Shown here: positions 9,984-20,169 of the stretch, in pieces | Numbering within the stretch: the first letter of the stretch is position 1 | Layout of the letters: each line of letters starts with the position of its first letter | Assembly: GCA_003695605.1 (NCBI GenBank) | Contig: RFIK01000006.1 | Location: 1-30,500 of the forward strand | Length of the DNA stretch: 30,500 bases | Origin: Chlorobiota bacterium | GTDB lineage: Bacteria > Bacteroidota > Ignavibacteria > Kapaibacteriales > NICIL-2 | Direction: 5' to 3' | The notes under the pieces: generated by a model | Database searches by the model: none | What the model was told of the DNA's origin: nothing | The model's input: only the letters and a program-made list of their open reading frames with translations | Program-made: the position numbers and the translations under genes

Positions 9984-11162
9984 CTAACTGTTGAGGGATT
10001 CGAGAAATGTTGCGACGCGCTCGACGGCTCGTTTTATGTGCTCATCGCTCGTTGCGAAGGACAGTCGAAGGTAACCTGCCATGCCGAACGCCTCACCCGG
10101 GACTGTTGCCACGTAGTAGCGCTCGAGCAACTCGGTGGCAATGTCTGCCGTCGTTCGCTGCTCGGTCAGAAGTAAGCGAATGTCCAACCACACGTAGAAC
10201 GCGCCGTCGGGTGGAAGAGCGCGCACAGCTGGGACCGCAGCGAACAGATCGAGCAGAAGTTTGCGCCGTTGCTCAAAGCACAGGCGCATGTGCTCAACAT
10301 CGGTTGCTGCGTGTTGGAGCGCTGCCAGTGCAGCATACTGCGCTATCGAGGTCGGATTCGATGTATCCTGGCTCTGGACTTTTGCAGCCTGCGCAATGAC
10401 ATGCGCCGGACCGGTCATGAAGCCGATTCGCCATCCGGTCATAGCGTAGGCCTTGGAGCAGCCGTTGACGGTGATTGTGCGATGTGCAACTTGCTCGAAG
10501 GAACCAATGCTTACGTGTCGGGTTGTGTACGTGAGCTTTTCGTATATCTCATCGCTAATGATGTAGCACTCATGCTCGGCGAGCACATCTGCCAGAGCGG
10601 CAAGTTCCTGGCGGGTGTACATCACTCCCGTTGGATTGCAGGGCGAATTGATGATCACGCAAGCGAGACGGTCATCGAAATAGTCGCGAAGGCGCTCAGG
10701 GTGAAGTTTGAAGTTATCGGCCGGCGAAGTTGGGATAACGACTGGCTCGGCACCTGCAAGTGTGACCATCGCTGGGTAGCTAACCCAATACGGCGCAATG
10801 ATGATGACGCGATCGCCTGGATTGCAGATCGCATGGAGTGCATTCATGATGCTGTGCTTCGCACCACAGGAGATGAGCACAGACTCTTCACTTGCGAGCA
10901 GGAGATGATTTTCGGTTCGAAACTTTTCTGCGACAGCGCGTCGGAGTTCAAGGATGCCGGATGATTCGGTATAGCGCGTTTTCCCTTCTTCGATAGCAGC
11001 AATGGCAGCGCGTCGTGCACACTCAGGCGTCGGGAAATCGGGTTCGCCGACAGCGAGCGAGATGACGTCGTGGCCCTCGCGAGCCAGCTGCTTTGCGCGC
11101 GCAGCAATCGAGAGGGTTTGTGATTCGCTGGCTGCAAGAACTCGCTGAGAAAGTTGCCGCAT
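9984..11162 (-). CDS. PLP-dependent aminotransferase class I/II (aspartate aminotransferase-like)
   Basis: GEPDFPTP, NSPCNPTG, SDEIYE, Schiff-base Lys in NGCSKAYAMTGWRIG. Start taken at MRQLSQRV (ATG 11162). Confidence 0.93.
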   Translation of the reverse strand: MRQLSQRVLAASESQTLSIAARAKQLAREGHDVISLAVGEPDFPTPECARRAAIAAIEEGKTRYTESSGILELRRAVAEKFRTENHLLLASEESVLISCGAKHSIMNALHAICNPGDRVIIIAPYWVSYPAMVTLAGAEPVVIPTSPADNFKLHPERLRDYFDDRLACVIINSPCNPTGVMYTRQELAALADVLAEHECYIISDEIYEKLTYTTRHVSIGSFEQVAHRTITVNGCSKAYAMTGWRIGFMTGPAHVIAQAAKVQSQDTSNPTSIAQYAALAALQHAATDVEHMRLCFEQRRKLLLDLFAAVPAVRALPPDGAFYVWLDIRLLLTEQRTTADIATELLERYYVATVPGEAFGMAGYLRLSFATSDEHIKRAVERVATFLESLNS

Positions 11163-11166
11163 GCGA

Positions 11167-13251
11167 CTACGGGAGGATGATGACGCGTTGACGGCCCCTG
11201 CGCCCGTGCACTGCAACGTCGAGCATGTACAGCCCAGGAGCAAGGGAACCGCTCTCGATGCTACACAGCTCACTGCTCGTAGTGGTCTGGAAAGCAAGGC
11301 GACCATCACTCCTCCAGAGTCGAATCGTTGCAGCGTTCCACGTCGGAGGCAGCCATACTGTCAGTGGCTGACCACGCATGCAGGGATGGGGGAGAACGCG
11401 GATGTCCTCCGGAGAGGTTTCTGCTTCGACGCTCAACACCAGCGCACTTGAATCTTTCTGGCAGAGAATTGCATCATCTGGATCGAGTTCGAGCGTGCGC
11501 GGCAAAAAAGGCACCTCCAGCGTTGCAAATTGTTCGCGCGAGGATACAAGCAGCGTCGTATCGTATGCTCCACCAGACCAATACTCCCGTAGCCGCAGCT
11601 GCAATGGCACGACGTAGACGGGAAGGAATGCTGAACTGTCCTGCAACTGCGCAATCCGAACACGGATGTGGTACCCCCTCGCGGTTTGCTCAAGAGCGAG
11701 GAGATCAGCGTGCAGAATCGGATGCCCAATTGCATAGACCCATTGATCAAAAAACGTGCGCCATGGCACAGGCGGAGATGGGACGCGTTCCTGGCAGAAG
11801 CGTACCAAGTCCTCCGTTTCGAGCGACTGGTATGCGAAACGATCGAAGTAGCTGCGGAGCAATCCGAAGAATGTGCTATCGCCAAGCATTGTGCGCATCA
11901 TGTGAAAGATCCAGCCCGCTTTGACATAGGTTGTGCCAGTGTTGAACAGATTGATGCCACTGGTGTTGTACACCGGTGGCTGCGAGCGCGCACCATCGGC
12001 GCGGAGGTAATCGCGATCCCGGCGCGCTGCAAAGTATCTCCGTGCTACCGAATCGCCGTAAGCATATTCAAGCCACAGCCGTTCACTGTACGTTGCGCCG
12101 CCTTCGTTGAGCCAGAGGTCGTTCCACGTTGCGCAGGTAACAAGATCGCCGAGCCAGTGATGCGCCAGTTCGTGTGCGATGACCGTCTCCCACCGCTGAA
12201 TAAGTGCATTGCGGTGATGTGTGGTCATTGTTTGATGTTCCATTGCGCCCATGAAGTATGGGTAGAGCAGCGCTTGCCCGTAGCTGCCAAATGGATACGG
12301 ACGGTAGTGTTGTTCATACGCACGCATCATCTCCTCGGTCACTGCGAGCATCCATGCGGCGTTGTCTGCATAGCTGATTGAGTCGGTCTGCCATAGGTAA
12401 AGTCGCAGAGGGATTGTGCGTACCGAATCGCGTGAGCGATAGCTTCGCTCCAGCGTTGCATAGCGTGAGGCAATCGCGACCATCAGGTAGGTGGAAATCG
12501 GCTCTGCGCTGGTGTAGCGATAGGCTCGAATCTGTGAGTCGTCCCAGTCGAGTGTTACCGAATCAGGAGTGCCATTGGAAAGAGTTGTAAACCCTGGCGG
12601 GGCAAGGATCGTTATTGTCGCCAATGCTTTGTCGTAGGGGCGGTCGTTGCAGGGCATCCACCGTCGCGCACTGTTCGGCTGGCTCATTGTGTACGCGATC
12701 GGGGAAGGCAGCTCGTTGCCAGAATCGTCGTGCCAGTACCGGTTATAACCACCGTATAGCTCTCGGCGCATGGCGGACGCGGAATTGTTGCGATATGCGA
12801 TGGTGACAGCAGCTGTGTCGCCCCGATGTAGTGGGGTGGCAAGCTGCAGCCAGAGACGATCGCCAGTGCGCTGGCTAGTAGGACGCTCAGTGCTCGTGGC
12901 ATGCCAACGATGAATGCTGATCGAATCAACGACAAGTGATGAATCTGCATCGAGTTCGATTGCCCAAAGCTGTGCAGTATCGCATCGAAGGGTGATTGTT
13001 TGAACGCCACGATATTTTCTCAAGGCTTGGCTACTATCAGAGAGAGCAGCCCGCCAGTCAAGAATTAGGTCATACCGCAGCACATCGTAGGGACGTCGGC
13101 TCAGCCAGGTAGCTACTTCAGGGAAACGGGGATGCTCACAAGGCTGAATCTGACTGCTGACACTTGGAAGAGTCTGAGCTTGGGCACGAAACGGGGTCGA
13201 CAGCAGGGCGCAGCAAAGCAGCGCTGAGTAGGCTGAGAGCATGTAGCGCAT
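11167..13251 (-). CDS. M1 family zinc aminopeptidase with signal peptide and T9SS type A C-terminal sorting domain
   Basis: GAMEH, HELAH-x18-E (WLNEG), signal peptide ending AQA-Q, C-terminal domain with LAPGLYML. Confidence 0.92.
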   Translation of the reverse strand: MRYMLSAYSALLCCALLSTPFRAQAQTLPSVSSQIQPCEHPRFPEVATWLSRRPYDVLRYDLILDWRAALSDSSQALRKYRGVQTITLRCDTAQLWAIELDADSSLVVDSISIHRWHATSTERPTSQRTGDRLWLQLATPLHRGDTAAVTIAYRNNSASAMRRELYGGYNRYWHDDSGNELPSPIAYTMSQPNSARRWMPCNDRPYDKALATITILAPPGFTTLSNGTPDSVTLDWDDSQIRAYRYTSAEPISTYLMVAIASRYATLERSYRSRDSVRTIPLRLYLWQTDSISYADNAAWMLAVTEEMMRAYEQHYRPYPFGSYGQALLYPYFMGAMEHQTMTTHHRNALIQRWETVIAHELAHHWLGDLVTCATWNDLWLNEGGATYSERLWLEYAYGDSVARRYFAARRDRDYLRADGARSQPPVYNTSGINLFNTGTTYVKAGWIFHMMRTMLGDSTFFGLLRSYFDRFAYQSLETEDLVRFCQERVPSPPVPWRTFFDQWVYAIGHPILHADLLALEQTARGYHIRVRIAQLQDSSAFLPVYVVPLQLRLREYWSGGAYDTTLLVSSREQFATLEVPFLPRTLELDPDDAILCQKDSSALVLSVEAETSPEDIRVLPHPCMRGQPLTVWLPPTWNAATIRLWRSDGRLAFQTTTSSELCSIESGSLAPGLYMLDVAVHGRRGRQRVIILP

Positions 13252-13285
13252 TGTGGATCGAAATGGAGGAACAAGAACACACGGG

Positions 13286-13293
13286 CAAACTTA
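13286..13293 (-). promoter_or_regulatory. Putative Bacteroidota-type -7 promoter box (TAAGTTTG) for the M1 peptidase operon
   Basis: Exact TAnnTTTG about 35 nt upstream of the ATG at 13251. Confidence 0.5.
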
Positions 13294-13353
13294 GCAAAGC
13301 AGTTCCAACGTGCATGCATCGTGCTCAGTCAAACGTCCCACGGAGCGTTGCCG

Positions 13354-13361
13354 TATTTTTG
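13354..13361 (+). promoter_or_regulatory. Putative -7 promoter box (TATTTTTG) for rpoZ
   Basis: Exact TAnnTTTG about 40 nt upstream of the ATG at 13401. Confidence 0.45.
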
Positions 13362-13400
13362 CAACCAAGTTGGAATGTACCATTTCGCGGCGAGGCTACG

Positions 13401-13721
13401 ATGAACATCAACCACATGAGCTTGGTCAATCCGATTGAAGTCAAGATGAAAGCATCGGCGCAAGGGTCGCTCTACGAAGCGATTGTTGCACTCGGCTTGC
13501 GTGCCCGGCAAATCAATGATCAGATTCGGAACCAGTACCTTGCACGCACCTACGATTTGTCTGAGCGGGAGGAAGACAACGAAACAAGGGCTATCAAGCT
13601 TGAGGTGAGCCGCGAGTTCGACCGCATTCCGAAGCCAACGTTTCAGGCGATGCGTGAGATGTTCGATGACAAACTGCAGTGGTGGTACCCCAATGGAGAG
13701 CAGCCATCGGTGGAAGCGTAG
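13401..13721 (+). CDS. rpoZ: RNA polymerase omega subunit, Bacteroidota/Chlorobi type
   Basis: SLYEAIVALGLRARQINDQI...EVSREFDRIPKPTFQAMREM pattern; conserved adjacency to coaBC. Start is 13401 or 13416. Confidence 0.85.
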   Translation: MNINHMSLVNPIEVKMKASAQGSLYEAIVALGLRARQINDQIRNQYLARTYDLSEREEDNETRAIKLEVSREFDRIPKPTFQAMREMFDDKLQWWYPNGEQPSVEA

Positions 13722-13762
13722 ATAAGTGTTCCTTCTCCCAAGGCGGAATTATACGGTAATTT

Positions 13763-13807
13763 ACGTCCGCTGACTACCGTCGCTGGAGCAGCGGACGTTT
13801 ATTTTGC
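13763..13807 (+). terminator. Terminator-like hairpin between rpoZ and coaBC
   Basis: ACGTCCGCTG...CAGCGGACGT 10-bp stem followed by TTATTTT. Confidence 0.55.
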
Positions 13808-13833
13808 ACTCAATCGGCACTGAACTATCAGCG

Positions 13834-15195
13834 ATGGAGCAACTGCGCGGTAAACGGATCATTGTGGGCGTCGGTGGTAGCATCGCTGCGTATAAAGCAC
13901 CGCATGTGGTGCGCCTTCTCCGGCAGTGTGGTGCCGATGTTCGCGTTGCGATGACGCCGTCGGCTCGGCACTTTGTTTCTCCCATGGTGCTGGGGAATCT
14001 CTCCGGAGAAGCGGTGGCGCTCGAGATGTTCGATGAGCAGATCCAGCACGGCGGCTCCTGGCATATCCACTGGGCGCAGTGGGCAGATGCAATGCTCATT
14101 GCGCCATGCAGTGCACATTTGCTCGGCTCCCTTGCGCATGGCTTGTGCGATTCGGTTGTTGCCTGTCTGGCGCTCGCGCTCCCACGCTCAACGCCGCTTG
14201 TGGTTGCACCGGCAATGGACACAACAATGTGGGAACATCCTGCGACGCAGCGCAATGTAGAGCAGCTCCGTCGCGATGGAGCGACCATCATTCCGCCGGA
14301 GGAAGGCGAGCTTGCCAGTGGACTCTGGGGAGTTGGCCGCATGCCTGAGCCTTCAGTGATCGTCGAGCATCTGGCGTCGGCGGTCTCAGGTGCAGCAATC
14401 GAGGCGTCACGGTTCGTCTCGAGCCGACCGCTGGACGAAACCGTCCGCGCTGATCGCTTGACAGCAGAGATTGCTCTTGCGCAACTGGTGCATGGAGAAC
14501 AGGGGCGACTCGATGGCGTCACAGTACTCATCACTGCAGGCCCGACACGCGAAGCACTCGATGCAGTGCGATTCCTTTCGAATCGGTCATCCGGCAAGAT
14601 GGGGTACGCACTCGCTGAAGCTGCTCGGGATAGGAAGGCACGTGTTGTCCTCGTCAGCGGACCTGTTGCGCTTGATCCACCGCAGGGAGTTGAGCTTGTC
14701 AAGGTTGAAACAGCCCGCCAAATGCTCGAAGCTGTGGAGCGATACCGCGGGCAGTGGAGTATCGCGATGGCAGCTGCAGCGGTCGCAGATTTTATGCCGG
14801 CAACGCCCAGTCCAGGCAAGCTCAAGCGAAACGAGATCGGCGATCGAATCACAGTCGAGCTCGTCCGCACTCCCGACATTTTAGCTGCGTTAGGGCAATC
14901 AAAGCCACCGGATGGTGTTCTTGTCGGTTTTGCGCTCGAAGAGCAGCAGCGGCTCGACGACGGCATCGCCAAACTTCGCGTACGTGGCTGCGATGTTGCG
15001 GTGCTCAATGCACTCGATGCACCCGAGAGCGGCTTTGAGGGAGATTCGAACACGATTACGATCGTGACGTTCGATGGCGATCGCGCAGTTCGTCACTCCT
15101 ACGCGCCGGCCCCGAAGCGCGTCTGTGCAGAGTATGTCCTCGACCATGCAGTACGATTGTTGTACGCCCGGCGAGATACTGCCGGGAGGGTATAA
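13834..15195 (+). CDS. coaBC: Bifunctional phosphopantothenoylcysteine decarboxylase / phosphopantothenate-cysteine ligase
   Basis: GGSIAAYKA, PAMDTTMW, GRMPEP, ITAGPTRE.LDAVRFLSNRSSGKMG, AAAVADF, KLKR, VGFALE. Start ATG 13834. Confidence 0.96.
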   Translation: MEQLRGKRIIVGVGGSIAAYKAPHVVRLLRQCGADVRVAMTPSARHFVSPMVLGNLSGEAVALEMFDEQIQHGGSWHIHWAQWADAMLIAPCSAHLLGSLAHGLCDSVVACLALALPRSTPLVVAPAMDTTMWEHPATQRNVEQLRRDGATIIPPEEGELASGLWGVGRMPEPSVIVEHLASAVSGAAIEASRFVSSRPLDETVRADRLTAEIALAQLVHGEQGRLDGVTVLITAGPTREALDAVRFLSNRSSGKMGYALAEAARDRKARVVLVSGPVALDPPQGVELVKVETARQMLEAVERYRGQWSIAMAAAAVADFMPATPSPGKLKRNEIGDRITVELVRTPDILAALGQSKPPDGVLVGFALEEQQRLDDGIAKLRVRGCDVAVLNALDAPESGFEGDSNTITIVTFDGDRAVRHSYAPAPKRVCAEYVLDHAVRLLYARRDTAGRV

Positions 15196-15247
15196 AACGC
15201 CTTGGCGCCTGAAGAGGCACGTTGCCCATCCTGAGAACACTGAGATG

Positions 15248-16648
15248 TCACCGTGCTGTCGGGTTTGAGTTCATCAGTGCCTCGATGGCATCCGGATGTC
15301 GTGGAAGTCGTGCTGAGAGAATCACCGGTCCGCTGTCGGTGACGAGGATGTCATCCTCGATGCGGATGCCAATGTTCCACCACTGTGCGTCACAGGGGCT
15401 GCCGGGTGGGATGTAGATCCCTGGTTCAACGGTGATAACTGTTCCGGCACGGAGTGGGCCATACGTGCCAGCATCATGGACATCGAGCCCAAGGTAGTGC
15501 GAAGTGCCATGCATGAAGTACCGCCGCACCTCGTTGGGAGATTCGATGATCCCAAGCTCCATCAAGCCGCGCGCGATGACTGATTCGGCGGCGCGATGGG
15601 TCGCGCGGAATGGAGCACCGACCCTGGCGCTGGCAATTGCTGAGTCTTGCGCTTCGAGGACGAGCAGATACAGCTGCCGCTGCTCGGGCGAGAAACGACC
15701 ATTGATCGGGAAGGTACGCGTAATGTCTGCGGTGTACCCGCGGTACTCTGCACCACAGTCAGCAAGGACAAGGTCTCCCGTCCGTGTGGTGCGGCGGTTG
15801 GTTTGGTAGTGGAGGATGCAGCTATTGGGGCCGCTTCCGACGATGCTCGGATAGCCAACATCTTCGGCACCTGCTCGACGGAAGTGATATTCCATGATGG
15901 CTTCGAGATCATATTCTGCCATGCCAGGCTTGGCATTGCGCATGGTTGCCTCGAACGCATCGAGTGTGATGTCAATTGCTTTTTGGAGGAGCCGCAGCTC
16001 ATGAGCGTCTTTGACTTCACGCATTGCAGCGAGCGTCCGAAGTGACGTCCGAACGATCAAACCAGGAAAACGCTCGTGAAGCCAATTGCGAAGTAGTTGC
16101 TCTACCTCGATGCGTGTACCGGCGATTGGGAGCTCTACCGATGATGTCGGCAATCCCGAGGCTATGTAGAGTGTGTCGCGGGTGCGTAGAAGGGAGTCGA
16201 GCACTTCTTTCAACGCAGAATACTCGAGCGCTGGCCGTAGCCCGAGCACACGCTCGGCTTCGGTCGGACCCATACGAATGCCGGTCCACGTTTCGCGATC
16301 GGGGTTGCGGGGCTCGATGAAGAACAGCTCGGTTGAGTGCGTGCGGTTCCAGGTCAATCCTCCTGGAACAAGCAGCAGTGCGCATCGTGGTTCAGTGCAG
16401 CCAGTCAAGTAGAGAAGGTTCGAGTTCTGACGGTATTCGTAGTCTACGTCGTTCTGGCGGTTACGCACGTCGGCGCTCAGGAGGAGGATTGCCGCTCGGT
16501 CAGTGTGCGATGCTACGAGCCGTTGGCGACGTTCTCGGTACACGTCGGGTGGAATACCATCGCTTTCGTATCGCTCATACGGTAGCAGCTGAGCGCAAGC
16601 CTGGCCCAGGAGAAGGAGAGCAAGAACAACTCTGATGTGGAATTTCAT
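15248..16648 (-). CDS. pepP: Xaa-Pro aminopeptidase (M24B) with predicted signal peptide
   Basis: YRQNSNLLYLTG N-terminal domain; metal ligands in DCGAEY, ADITRT, HYLGLDVHD, TVEPG, RIEDD; signal peptide ending ACA-Q. Confidence 0.93.
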   Translation of the reverse strand: MKFHIRVVLALLLLGQACAQLLPYERYESDGIPPDVYRERRQRLVASHTDRAAILLLSADVRNRQNDVDYEYRQNSNLLYLTGCTEPRCALLLVPGGLTWNRTHSTELFFIEPRNPDRETWTGIRMGPTEAERVLGLRPALEYSALKEVLDSLLRTRDTLYIASGLPTSSVELPIAGTRIEVEQLLRNWLHERFPGLIVRTSLRTLAAMREVKDAHELRLLQKAIDITLDAFEATMRNAKPGMAEYDLEAIMEYHFRRAGAEDVGYPSIVGSGPNSCILHYQTNRRTTRTGDLVLADCGAEYRGYTADITRTFPINGRFSPEQRQLYLLVLEAQDSAIASARVGAPFRATHRAAESVIARGLMELGIIESPNEVRRYFMHGTSHYLGLDVHDAGTYGPLRAGTVITVEPGIYIPPGSPCDAQWWNIGIRIEDDILVTDSGPVILSARLPRHPDAIEALMNSNPTAR

Positions 16649-16672
16649 CAGTAATGGTCCGAGCGTTGTTGG

Positions 16673-17410
16673 TTACTGTCGTGCTGCAACGAGCGTTGCG
16701 GCATCGGTGCGTGTGGCTCCCAGCTCCAAGGCGCAAGTGGCTACGCTGCGGAGCGTCGAGCCTGTGGTGAAGACGTCATCAACCAACAAAATTGTAGCGC
16801 CCTGCAGCCCTGCCGCCTGCGAGCCTTGACCGAATGCTCCTTCGGTATTGGTGCGGCGTTCTCCTGCGGAGAGTTTCGTTTGGCTTTGTGTGTAACGGGT
16901 GCGGCGAATGGCATCCGGCAAAACAGGGACGCGGAGGACACGCCGGACTCCTTCAGCGATGGCATCGGCTTGATTGTAGCCACGTTCGCGCTGCCGTGCT
17001 GGATGGATTGGCACCGGAACGATCGCCTCGTACCGCGTGGGTGAAAGCAACTGTACTGCTGCGCCAAGCTCGAGACCGAGTTCAACGCCAACGTGCCAGT
17101 AGCCATAGTACTTGAGTGCGTAGATCAAGCGGAAGAGTCCTGCCTGCCGCGGATCTGCACTCCAGCGTGCTATGACCAGCGACAGCGGGCAATCGTCGAG
17201 ATCACCACTGTGCTCCTGGGCAATGGCCAGTAACTGTTGCGGCGGAGGTGCTGGATGAAGACTATCGAAACATTGCCGGCAGAGGTAGTGCCACTGGGTG
17301 GTGGAAGGTAAAACTGCTCCGCAGAGCATGCACCGCCACGGTACAGCAAAATCGAGCAGGCACTTACCAATCTGCTCGACAAAACGCACGATAGCGCCGA
17401 GCGTAGTCAT
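16673..17410 (-). CDS. comF: ComF family protein (zinc ribbon plus PRTase domain)
   Basis: CxxC...CxxC, VPVPIH..RQRERGYNQA, LLVDDVFTTGST. Confidence 0.9.
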   Translation of the reverse strand: MTTLGAIVRFVEQIGKCLLDFAVPWRCMLCGAVLPSTTQWHYLCRQCFDSLHPAPPPQQLLAIAQEHSGDLDDCPLSLVIARWSADPRQAGLFRLIYALKYYGYWHVGVELGLELGAAVQLLSPTRYEAIVPVPIHPARQRERGYNQADAIAEGVRRVLRVPVLPDAIRRTRYTQSQTKLSAGERRTNTEGAFGQGSQAAGLQGATILLVDDVFTTGSTLRSVATCALELGATRTDAATLVAARQ

Positions 17411-17835
17411 TGACTATCGCCAAGGATCGTTACCACGATTGAGCGTTTGCCAGCGCGCTCCCGGAATTCGCACAGGTAGATGCCTTGCCACCGACCGAGC
17501 GCCATTGCGCCATTGCGAATAGGGATCGAAAGGCTCACGCCAACGAGGACGCTCTTAATATGCGAGGATGCATCGTCGGCACCTTCGATGCTGTGGCGGT
17601 ACAGGCGTACGTCGTCCGGCACGAGCCGCTCGAGATGTTCGCCGAGATCAGCTCGGACGTCTGGATCGGTGTTCTCACCAAGAGTCAGTGCGGCGCTGGT
17701 ATGCTGCAGAAAAAAGTGCGCAATGCCGTAGTCCACTTGGTGCAGCTCTGGAAGTTGCTCGGTAATTGTCTTCGTAATGCAATGCACGCCACGCGGAAAT
17801 GGCCCGAGCACAACGATGCGTTGAATGATACTCAT
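17407..17835 (-). CDS. yjbQ: YjbQ/UPF0047 family protein
   Basis: HTSAALTLGENTDPDV, SHIKS, LGRWQGIYLCEF; 4-nt overlap with comF. Confidence 0.92.
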   Translation of the reverse strand: MSIIQRIVVLGPFPRGVHCITKTITEQLPELHQVDYGIAHFFLQHTSAALTLGENTDPDVRADLGEHLERLVPDDVRLYRHSIEGADDASSHIKSVLVGVSLSIPIRNGAMALGRWQGIYLCEFRERAGKRSIVVTILGDSQ

Positions 17836-17889
17836 CGCAAATGTCAGTGCAAATTGTAGTGAAATTTACGATTTTTGTAATCGTGCACT

Positions 17890-18243
17890 ATGGCGCCAAA
17901 CTTCGACCACCCGACGCGTATTGAGCGGCTCGATGCTGCCACGCTTCGTATTCTCTGGGGTGATGGATTAGATGTCGCAATTCCCCTGGAGGTACTGCGT
18001 CGCCATTGCCCATGTGCGTACTGCAAGGGTGAGCAGGTGTTTGGAACGACAGTACTGGTGCCGCTTGTTCAATTTGCGCCTGGCATGAATGAGCTTGTTG
18101 CACTTGAGCCGGTCGGTAACTACGGTGTTCGCGCTCGTTGGGCCGATGGCCACGACACTGGAATTTACCCGTGGAATCTTTTGCGGCACATTGCAGAAAA
18201 CATGTCGGAGTCCGATACATCAACGCGGAAGAATGAGCAATGA
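17890..18243 (+). CDS. DUF971 / GBBH N-terminal-like small metal or Fe-S binding protein
   Basis: [24 protein letters not shown]...[12 protein letters not shown]. Confidence 0.88.
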   Translation: MAPNFDHPTRIERLDAATLRILWGDGLDVAIPLEVLRRHCPCAYCKGEQVFGTTVLVPLVQFAPGMNELVALEPVGNYGVRARWADGHDTGIYPWNLLRHIAENMSESDTSTRKNEQ

Positions 18244-19910
18244 CGGTAATGGAGCGTACCATACGCGCACCGCGAGGCACAACGCTGCACTGCAAAAATT
18301 GGCAGCTGGAAGCAGCCTACCGGATGATCCAGAACAACCTCGATCCGGACAACGCTGAGCGTCCTGCCGAGCTTATCGTTTACGGCGGAAGTGGCAAAGC
18401 AGCACGCAACTGGGAGTGCTTCGAGGCAATCTGCGCGACGCTTCGCTCGATGGACGAAGACGAAACGCTCTTGGTTCAATCGGGCAAACCGGTCGGTGTG
18501 GTTCGAACGTACCCCGATGCGCCGCGGGTAATCATCGCCAATGCGAATTTAGTGCCGAAGTGGGCAACCTGGGATGAATTCCGGCGACTGGAGGCGCTGG
18601 GCTTGACGATGTATGGACAGATGACCGCCGGCAGCTGGATTTACATCGGCACGCAAGGGATCGTCCAGGGCACCTATGAAACATTTGCCGAGTGCGGGCG
18701 CAAGTACTTCGGTGGGACGCTCCGTGGGCGGTTTGTCCTGACTGCAGGGATGGGCGGAATGGGCGGCGCTCAGCCCTTGGCTGCTACGATCGCCGAAGCA
18801 GCGATCCTCTGCGTGGAAATTGACGAAGAGCGCATCGACCGTCGCATCCGAGATGGATATTGCCAGCATAAGATGTACGACCTCGACCAGGCATTGGCTC
18901 TCTTGATGGAGCATAAAGCAGCAGGGCAGCCGATTTCGATCGGACTTGTCGGCAACGCCGCTGAAATTCATCCTGAGCTTGTCCGGCGTGGTATTACACC
19001 CGATGTTGTTACCGATCAGACTGCAGCACACGATCCGCTCAATGGGTACTACCCTGCTGGGTTGACAAAAGCCGAAGCGGATCTGCTCCGCAGGAGCGAT
19101 CCAGCCGAGTATTTGCGTCGGGCGTATGCTTCGGTTGCCGAGCATGTGCGGGCGATGTTGGCATTCAAGGATCGGGGTGCTGTTGTCTTCGATTACGGAA
19201 ACAACATTCGCGGCGTTGCGCGCGACTACGGCAACGTCGAGCGTGCGTTCGACATCCCAGGGTTTGTACCTGAGTTTATCCGTCCGCAGTTCTGTGATGG
19301 GCGAGGTCCGTTCCGTTGGGTTGCCCTCAGCGGCGATCCAGAGGATATTCGTGTCACCGACGAGGCGATCATGGACCTGTTCCCGCACGACGGGCACCTT
19401 CACCGCTGGCTTCGGAGCGCACAGCGGCACATCCGCTACCAGGGACTACCTGCACGGATTTGCTGGCTCGGCTACGGCGAACGCGCAAAAGCAGGATTGC
19501 TCTTCAATGAACTTGTGCGAAGCGGACAGGTCAAGGCGCCGATTGTCATCGGCCGCGATCACCTCGACTGTGGCTCAGTTGCTTCACCATACCGCGAGAC
19601 AGAAGCGATGCTCGATGGATCGGACGCAATTGCCGATTGGGTGTACTTCAACTTCGCGCTCAATGCAATTGGTGGTGCGACGTGGGTGTCGTTCCATCAT
19701 GGTGGTGGGGTAGGGATTGGCCTTTCGCTCCATGCCGGCATGGTCATCGTTGCCGATGGCACACCCGAAGCAGCACGCCGCTTGGAGCGAGTCCTGACAT
19801 ATGATCCACTGAGCGGGATTCTGCGCCATGCTGATGCAGGGTATGAGCGCGCATGTGCGAATGCCGAACGCTTCGGGATTCGAATTCCTATGCTGGCAGT
19901 GCCGAAATGA
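18240..19910 (+). CDS. hutU: Urocanate hydratase
   Basis: [74 protein letters not shown]. Confidence 0.98.
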   Translation: MTVMERTIRAPRGTTLHCKNWQLEAAYRMIQNNLDPDNAERPAELIVYGGSGKAARNWECFEAICATLRSMDEDETLLVQSGKPVGVVRTYPDAPRVIIANANLVPKWATWDEFRRLEALGLTMYGQMTAGSWIYIGTQGIVQGTYETFAECGRKYFGGTLRGRFVLTAGMGGMGGAQPLAATIAEAAILCVEIDEERIDRRIRDGYCQHKMYDLDQALALLMEHKAAGQPISIGLVGNAAEIHPELVRRGITPDVVTDQTAAHDPLNGYYPAGLTKAEADLLRRSDPAEYLRRAYASVAEHVRAMLAFKDRGAVVFDYGNNIRGVARDYGNVERAFDIPGFVPEFIRPQFCDGRGPFRWVALSGDPEDIRVTDEAIMDLFPHDGHLHRWLRSAQRHIRYQGLPARICWLGYGERAKAGLLFNELVRSGQVKAPIVIGRDHLDCGSVASPYRETEAMLDGSDAIADWVYFNFALNAIGGATWVSFHHGGGVGIGLSLHAGMVIVADGTPEAARRLERVLTYDPLSGILRHADAGYERACANAERFGIRIPMLAVPK

Positions 19911-20169
19911 CATTGCACGTTGTCAACGCATGGCCTCAGGCTGCGTCTAATTGTCTGACTTTGTGTGGCTATGTTTTTCTGGCACAGAATATTCTGGTAA
20001 CCTCAGGAATTCAACGAATCCACGAAACAAAATGGCGCGCAAGCGTGTTACTGAAACTGAAGCTGTTCAACGACTCAATGGAGATACGTGGCATGACCAA
20101 ACTGTGACCATTTCGCGCTCGCGAGAGCGCATTTATGGAAGTGCCACATTTGATCGAAAGGAGCCAGCA

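Noticed and set aside
13761-15053. 430 aa antisense ORF; similarly long shadow ORFs at 18549-19430, 23091-24089 and 24619-25473
   Set aside because: They are antisense to strongly conserved genes (coaBC, hutU, pckA, SBP), as expected from codon bias in GC-rich DNA.
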